64,000 nucleotides of DNA from a virus (Duplodnaviria; Caudoviricetes). The notes below the pieces were generated by a model that did not search any database, had not been told where the DNA came from, and worked only from the letters and a program-made list of their open reading frames with translations. The stretch is taken from IMG/VR virus record IMGVR_UViG_3300042381_000848, positions 1,023-65,022 of that record. One strand, written 5' to 3'. Both the position numbers and the translations under genes were made by a program. Shown here piece after piece: positions 59,283 through 64,000 of this stretch; within the stretch, counting starts at the first letter, position 1; the number at the start of each line of letters is the position of its first letter.

Positions 59283-59447
59283 TTAATTTTCTAAATTCAT
59301 TTTTAATCTTAAACAATTTTCTTGAATGTAATTAAAATCAATTATATTATTATCTACTTTTGGATATACCACAAATTGTTTTAACTTGATATCGTATAAA
59401 ACGTCGGTTTTATTTATTTTTTTAACTTTCTTTAATTCTATATTCAT
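59283..59447 (-). CDS. 54-aa protein ending LKMNLEN (not in ORF track)
   Basis: MNIELKKVKK...CLRLKMNLEN; same C-terminus as 59958-60575. Confidence 0.55.
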   Translation of the reverse strand: MNIELKKVKKINKTDVLYDIKLKQFVVYPKVDNNIIDFNYIQENCLRLKMNLEN

Positions 59448-59500
59448 ATTCTACTTTTTATTTTTTTATTAATTTAATTTCTTATACAAACTTAAACAAT

Positions 59501-59695
59501 CTATTTTGATTTATTATTAGCAAATTGTTTAGCATAGTCATTTAAACAATAAATAGTGTGACAATTATCACAACCAACGTAAACAACACTTATTAATTCT
59601 TCAGTATCATCATCCATCTCTTCAACTAGGTTATATGTAAACATTTCTTTAGAGCCACAATTACCACAGATAATGTTCAATCTTGCATTTACCAT
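59501..59695 (-). CDS. Zinc-ribbon protein
   Basis: CGNC...CDNC. Confidence 0.65.
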   Translation of the reverse strand: MVNARLNIICGNCGSKEMFTYNLVEEMDDDTEELISVVYVGCDNCHTIYCLNDYAKQFANNKSK

Positions 59696-59696
59696 A

Positions 59697-59933
59697 TTAT
59701 TCTGATTTAAAGGTTTCGTTGTAGTATTGTTCAGGAGTTTTACTTCCCCCTATACATTCATCATTTACGCCATCATTATAAGCATCTTTTATTTGTTCTT
59801 CAAACATTTTGTTGGCTTGTTCGTATAATTTGTTTAATTCTTTTTCTAAAAATTGAATTTTTCCATTCATATTTGTTGATGAACCTTTAATACTATTCAT
59901 TTCATCAACTAACCATTCTACTGCTGTTTTCAT
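59697..59933 (-). CDS. Small hypothetical protein (MKTAVEWL...YYNETFKSE type)
   Basis: 78 aa; ends in the junction element. Confidence 0.65.
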   Translation of the reverse strand: MKTAVEWLVDEMNSIKGSSTNMNGKIQFLEKELNKLYEQANKMFEEQIKDAYNDGVNDECIGGSKTPEQYYNETFKSE

Positions 59934-59957
59934 ATTAATTTATTTTACTTTTTATTA

Positions 59958-60575
59958 CTAATTTTCTAAATTCATTTTTAAAATTCCAATATGTTTTTTA
60001 ATTTCATCTCTGTATTGTTTAGCGATCACATATGGTGCCGTGGTACAATTAAAATTATTTTCATTTATAAATTGTTTTACTCTGGTTTGTTCTTCTTCTA
60101 ACAGATTTATCTGTTTTTTAATTTCTTCGTTCATATTATTTATTTTATTTAATGTTTCTTGTTTAGGTGCTTCTTTTGGAATGATGATAAAATATTTACC
60201 ATAATAAGTAATACCCTTAATACCTTCATCTGCAAAATCTCTTGTAGTCTCAACTTCCTCACAACTTGGATTCTTAACAAACCACTCTAAGAACTCATCA
60301 TCAATAGCTTGTACACCATCTTTGATTAAGTCTTGGTCTGTTGTTAGGATTATTACATCTTGTTTAGAAGAATATTGAGATCCGCCTGAGTTATAAGGTT
60401 TATTTAAAAATTTATCTAAATACCATTGGTCAACTCCTTCTTTAATTTCTTCATCAGAAGTGATGTAGATGTTTTGGTTATTAACTCCATAAGATTCAAT
60501 ATCTAATTTAAGTTTTTCACCATCTTTATATAACATACTTGGTTTTTCTGTTGGTATAATGTGTATATTTTTCAT
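59958..60575 (-). CDS. Mosaic hypothetical protein
   Basis: MKNIHIIPTEKPS...ILTTDQDLIKDGVQAIDDEFLEWFVKNPSCEEV, with an extra C-terminal module. Confidence 0.65.
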   Translation of the reverse strand: MKNIHIIPTEKPSMLYKDGEKLKLDIESYGVNNQNIYITSDEEIKEGVDQWYLDKFLNKPYNSGGSQYSSKQDVIILTTDQDLIKDGVQAIDDEFLEWFVKNPSCEEVETTRDFADEGIKGITYYGKYFIIIPKEAPKQETLNKINNMNEEIKKQINLLEEEQTRVKQFINENNFNCTTAPYVIAKQYRDEIKKHIGILKMNLEN

Positions 60576-60579
60576 AATT

Positions 60580-60972
60580 TTATTTCTTTTTTACAATTTC
60601 AATTAGTTTTTCAAGACAAGCAAGTTCAGCTTCTTCGTAAGTTCCAACTTTAGGGTCTTTGTTAAACTCTTCCATTGTTCTTTGTTTAACATATTCTTTA
60701 CCTGACAAAGACATATCGTAAATGTGACAATCAAATTGTTTTATGTTGGGTCTGAATCCAATGAATCCTCTTAAATTATGATTTTCTCTAAACCATCTAA
60801 ATGCTTGTTGGAATAATGGTGCAACACATTCAGTTTTTCTAAATGGATTATTCTTTCTACTACTATCCATTGAAAAGTCATTTTCATCACCATAAAAAGC
60901 CAAACAAGGTTCATCAAATCCAAGTTGCTTCATCTTTAAAGCTAACTCATAAGGTACAAATTCTTTTTCCAT
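60580..60972 (-). CDS. Hypothetical protein
   Basis: MEKEFVPYELALKMKQLGFDEPC...QQAFRWFRE...TYEEAELACL. Confidence 0.65.
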   Translation of the reverse strand: MEKEFVPYELALKMKQLGFDEPCLAFYGDENDFSMDSSRKNNPFRKTECVAPLFQQAFRWFRENHNLRGFIGFRPNIKQFDCHIYDMSLSGKEYVKQRTMEEFNKDPKVGTYEEAELACLEKLIEIVKKK

Positions 60973-61061
60973 TTTTTCTTTTTTTTTAAATTTATATACT
61001 TAAAGATAAGCATTTTATTTCAATTATCCTAATTTTTCAGCAACTTTTTTCCTAAAGTTAT

Positions 61062-61250
61062 TCACAATTCATACAACTCATCGGAGTCATATAACTCAAA
61101 TTCTCCCGGAGCATTGCTTTCGGTAAAAGCTTCCTGGAACCCTTTGCCATCCTTAACCATGGCTAATGCTTCTTCTTCTGTCTCGGCTACTACTTCATAA
61201 TACTGTGTAATTACCGTTTTAATGCGCTCTTCAAATTTGAATACTTTCAT
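61062..61250 (-). CDS. Small acidic early protein
   Basis: YEVVAETEEEALAMV; AAAATAAGAG leader. Confidence 0.65.
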   Translation of the reverse strand: MKVFKFEERIKTVITQYYEVVAETEEEALAMVKDGKGFQEAFTESNAPGEFELYDSDELYEL

Positions 61251-61333
61251 AACTCTTATTTTTTTAATTAATATAAAGATAAGAAAAATAATGTTCGGAT
61301 CCTAATCTTTTAGCAACTTTTTTTGGAAAATGT

Positions 61334-61567
61334 TTATCTTTTATTTACCAGGAAGAATCTTTCAAACTCTTGGGCTGTATATTTAGTTGGCTTATCATCT
61401 GCATAATCAATATCATATCTAACTACATAGTTACCTTTCTTGGTAATCTTAAGCAAGGTGCCAAACATATCATTGCGGTTGACAACTTCATCTCCGGGTT
61501 TCACATTGCCGGCGGCTAGGTTTACTGCTTCCCAACTTCCTGCTAATAATCTTGCTGTTAAACTCAT
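61334..61567 (-). CDS. Small hypothetical protein
   Basis: 77 aa; VKPGDEVV SH3-like pattern. Confidence 0.55.
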   Translation of the reverse strand: MSLTARLLAGSWEAVNLAAGNVKPGDEVVNRNDMFGTLLKITKKGNYVVRYDIDYADDKPTKYTAQEFERFFLVNKR

Positions 61568-61578
61568 TTCGTTTGTTT

Positions 61579-61779
61579 TTAATGATTAAATATTTCTTGT
61601 TTCACTTCTTGCCAATAATCATTGGATAATTCATCAACTTGCTTTAATAACTCATTAACTGTTATCAATGCACATTGCTTAGCCGTACGGTAATGAATTA
61701 TAGAATGATCTCCTAGCTCTTGTTGTTTTATATTCATAAAGGATTCAATCATCTCTGCTGCTTTCTCTTTTGGTGTCAT
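61579..61779 (-). CDS. Small hypothetical protein (MTPKEKA...YWQEVKQEI type)
   Basis: 66 aa, preceded by the junction element. Confidence 0.6.
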   Translation of the reverse strand: MTPKEKAAEMIESFMNIKQQELGDHSIIHYRTAKQCALITVNELLKQVDELSNDYWQEVKQEIFNH

Positions 61780-61798
61780 CTTATTCTGATTTTAATAG

Positions 61799-61951
61799 TT
61801 AATAATTGGACCATCTAAAACTCTCACTGCCACATTTGCATCTAAAAGCTCGTGCCCATTTTTGCAATGTAAAATTATAAGTTCTTAAACTTGCTTTGCC
61901 ACAATTATAACAATTGCAACGTTTCTTTTCTGTTTGATGATTTTTTGACAT
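61799..61951 (-). CDS. 50-aa Cys-rich early protein (not in ORF track)
   Basis: MSKNHQTEKKRCNCYNCG...CKCG; promoter repeat and AATAAGAGAAT leader. Confidence 0.6.
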   Translation of the reverse strand: MSKNHQTEKKRCNCYNCGKASLRTYNFTLQKWARAFRCKCGSESFRWSNY

Positions 61952-62003
61952 ATTCTCTTATTTTTTTATCTTATATAAAGATAAGCATTTTTTTGTTCGG
62001 ATC

Positions 62004-62198
62004 CTAATTTTTTGCTAACTTTTTTTGCAAACTTTTCAACTTTGCTTTAAGTCTATTACGTTCTAACTTTCGAAAGTATTTGCCGTGATCATACGGAGTG
62101 CATCCGTTGGGCTGAGCAAAGGCACTAACCCATTTTGTGGTATCCGTCTTAAGGAATTCCAATCTTGCTTCAATAGCTTTAATTTGTTCTTGTATCAT
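62004..62198 (-). CDS. Early basic hypothetical protein
   Basis: 64 aa; AAGAGAGAAT leader. Confidence 0.6.
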   Translation of the reverse strand: MIQEQIKAIEARLEFLKTDTTKWVSAFAQPNGCTPYDHGKYFRKLERNRLKAKLKSLQKKLAKN

Positions 62199-62297
62199 AT
62201 TCTCTCTTTTTAATTATACTTAAAGATAAGCATTTTATTTCAATTAACCTAATCTTTTGGCAACTTTTTTCTAAAAGTTATTCACAATTTAGATTAA

Positions 62298-62549
62298 TTA
62301 TATAAATGACCAAAACCCGTCTGTAATCTTTCTCAATTTGACAAACTTTAAATGCCCGTCATTAAACCCGTCGGATTTACAACTACCAAATGACGTCATA
62401 TACCCGTTGCCATCCAATGCAACAATAATCTTTGCGGTATTAGTGCCAAATAATGCGGCTGCCGTCTCGGCATTGGATTGGGTAAACCAATTTGTTAAGC
62501 TGTCAAGCTTATTTCTTTTAACTCTTGCTGGAACTTTAATTTTTTGCAT
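62298..62549 (-). CDS. Early hypothetical protein
   Basis: 83 aa; AATAAGAGAT leader. Confidence 0.6.
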   Translation of the reverse strand: MQKIKVPARVKRNKLDSLTNWFTQSNAETAAALFGTNTAKIIVALDGNGYMTSFGSCKSDGFNDGHLKFVKLRKITDGFWSFI

Positions 62550-62641
62550 ATCTCTTATTATTTTTGCTTATATAAAGATAAGCATTTTTTTGTTCGAAAC
62601 CTAATCTTTTTGAAACTTTTTTAATAAAAGTTATTCACAAT

Positions 62642-62836
62642 TTATATAGGCTCGTAAATTTCAAAATTCAAATCTGCATATTTAGATTCTAAAAGTGCTA
62701 CTGAAAATACAAACCCTTTCGGATCCGTTAAAGTTGTATACCCGTTAGGGAGCATTTTTACTCGTCCTAACATTACTCTGTCAGTGCCGTTATTAACCCA
62801 CACTCGCTGCTTGTTCCTTAAATCTACTTTTTTCAT
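62642..62836 (-). CDS. Early hypothetical protein
   Basis: 64 aa; ATAAGAGAT leader. Confidence 0.6.
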   Translation of the reverse strand: MKKVDLRNKQRVWVNNGTDRVMLGRVKMLPNGYTTLTDPKGFVFSVALLESKYADLNFEIYEPI

Positions 62837-62950
62837 ATATCTCTTATAATTTTAATATACATAAAGATAAGCATTTTATTTCAATTATCCTAATTTATTT
62901 GGAGAAATGTTTGGAGAAGTTATTCACAAGTTATTCACAGCAAATTGTGA

Positions 62951-63104
62951 ATAAAAAAAGCACCCGGGAATAAGAGAGAAACCCGAGTGCCTATGCGACG
63001 CCTGGAAAATAAGAGAGTGAACCAGACGCTTTAATATGTGGGTGGGATCGCAATGAGTTGGTCCCACCATGTTACGAGGTTGAGCACTTAGGCTGCAATC
63101 CCTC
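62951..63104 (-). ncRNA. Candidate structured antisense sRNA (four hairpins; two loops complementary to early-gene leaders)
   Basis: Hairpin 62960-62990 loop UUUCUCUCUUAUU plus U7 tail; hairpin 62998-63029 loop UUCACUCUCUUAUUUU; three plus-strand A.C mismatches are G.U pairs on the minus strand. Confidence 0.7.
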
Positions 63105-63172
63105 TAATCCTGAAAGTCAAATACAACGGCAAATACGCCAACTACTAAAAATATAATGATCAAGGCATTCAT
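63104..63172 (-). CDS. 22-aa hydrophobic peptide
   Basis: MNALIIIFLVVGVFAVVFDFQD; ATGA overlap with the upstream peptide. Confidence 0.5.
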   Translation of the reverse strand: MNALIIIFLVVGVFAVVFDFQD

Positions 63173-63258
63173 AAACTCATTATGACAGCTACTGCTACTG
63201 CGCCCAACCAACCTGCTACTGCTAATATGATTAGCGTGGTATCAAATACTTTTTTCAT
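63169..63258 (-). CDS. 29-aa single-TM peptide
   Basis: MKKVFDTTLIILAVAGWLGAVAVAVIMSL; middle-type promoter at 63276-63308. Confidence 0.55.
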   Translation of the reverse strand: MKKVFDTTLIILAVAGWLGAVAVAVIMSL

Positions 63259-63349
63259 ATCTTCTTATTTACACTTATATTATATGAAATATACATGCGG
63301 AATCCAACCTAAAAGCAAAAAAAGTTTACTCGCTATAGCTAGTGATCTG

Positions 63350-63980
63350 AACTAAAACCGTTCTATAGGTCTAAAAATAGGGTGAGACTAAAAATAGGAC
63401 TAAAAATAACAAGGGTATTTTTTCTAAAAATAGCCTGATTTCGTCTAAATATAGGATGGGGAGGAGTGGATATCCCGGCTATTGCTCTAAAACCAGGACG
63501 CTCAATAGCTAGCAATCTAATAGCAATCAGCACTATACGCACTAAAAATAGGATACCAGGTTACGCTCTATATATACAAGAATGCATCTAAAAGCAAAAC
63601 CACTATATATAGAGACTAAATATAGATCAGCAATTGGACTAAAAATAAGACCACTCCTTCTAAAAATGAATCCGCAATTGGACTAAAAATAGATGGCATT
63701 TCGCCTAAAAATAGATGCTTCCCTAACCCGCGCCATTGAGTTCGTTTAAGAACATCTAGGCACGTATAAGGCCAAGTATCCAACAGGAAAGGGATATAGA
63801 GACTATGCCCCGGGAAAATAAGTAGGACCGGGAGGAATATATATAACCTGTCTTGCTGACAGCTACTAGACACTAAACTTGCCATTCCGTCTCGATATAA
63901 GACCAGTACTTATACGTGCAATGCTTCTAAAAATGGATTGGGGTGCGGGAGGTGCTAGACTCTGACTCGAAAATAGCGTA
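63350..63980 (+). repeat. Non-coding field of CTAAAAATAG (CTA-N4-TAG) motifs
   Basis: Exact at 63371, 63388, 63424, 63542, 63683, 63705; variants at 63400, 63445, 63603, 63616, 63639, 63660, 63927. Confidence 0.85.
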
Positions 63981-64000
63981 CCTAGTAACCTGGGTAAAGG

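Larger units (their letters stand above)
54091..62910 (-). repeat. Dispersed ~55-bp early-promoter repeat, about 16 copies
   Basis: Sense AAAAAAGTT-N3-AAAAGATTAG-N20-TATCTTTA; plus-strand copies start near 54091, 55381, 55638, 56376, 56736, 57196, 57441, 58283, 58589, 58990, 60995, 61270, 61972, 62215, 62568, 62856. Confidence 0.9.
61058..62954. promoter_or_regulatory. Six DnaA-box-type 9-mers (TTATTCACA)
   Basis: Plus at 61058, 62278, 62631, 62920, 62931; inverted at 62946; all just upstream of early promoter repeats. Confidence 0.7.

Noticed and set aside
54091-62910. CRISPR array or integron attC array
   Set aside because: Repeats are degenerate, non-palindromic, promoter-like and separated by whole genes of variable length; no cas or integrase gene in the window
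63616-63885. 89-aa minus-strand ORF
   Set aside because: Runs through the repeat field, has atypical composition and no recognisable promoter or leader
1-64000. Stop-codon reassignment as seen in some large phages
   Set aside because: Core genes are intact in the standard code and TAA, TAG and TGA all end tightly packed genes
62951-64000. tRNA or tmRNA genes in the GC-richer non-coding end
   Set aside because: No cloverleaf, T-loop GTTCRA or acceptor stem recognised by eye; a tRNAscan or Infernal run would be needed to exclude fully

Overview
A 64-kb, AT-rich segment of a large lytic, T4-like (myovirus-type) phage genome in the standard genetic code, coded almost entirely on the minus strand. 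The host is probably a Bacteroidota bacterium, judged from a Bacteroidota-type bS21, DUF4494-like and Hc1-like genes, Gln+1 signal peptides and -33/-7-style promoters. Order: head module (scaffold, bS21, prohead protease, portal, TerL), spanin-like pair, Mre11-Rad50 fusion, primase, resolvase, baseplate/tail module, late-type sigma, HD hydrolase, UvdE, accessory enzymes (SET, kinase, SGNH-lysozyme, ferritin), then an early-type region (53.8-62.9 kb) of small genes behind about 16 copies of one promoter repeat, DnaA-type boxes and a non-coding repeat field. Three promoter classes and two phage sigma factors can be read from the DNA. Top finding: about 19 early-type genes share the translation-initiation leader (AAT)AAGAGA(G), and a structured minus-strand RNA at about 62951-63104 shows the antisense of that leader in two hairpin loops. 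This is a candidate phage-encoded multi-target antisense switch that shuts off early translation. Second: a shared N-terminal M-I-x-L-x-x-L-L-x-E tag on unrelated enzymes suggests a protease-processed, capsid-loaded effector cargo system. All product calls come from motif recognition by eye; no database search was run.
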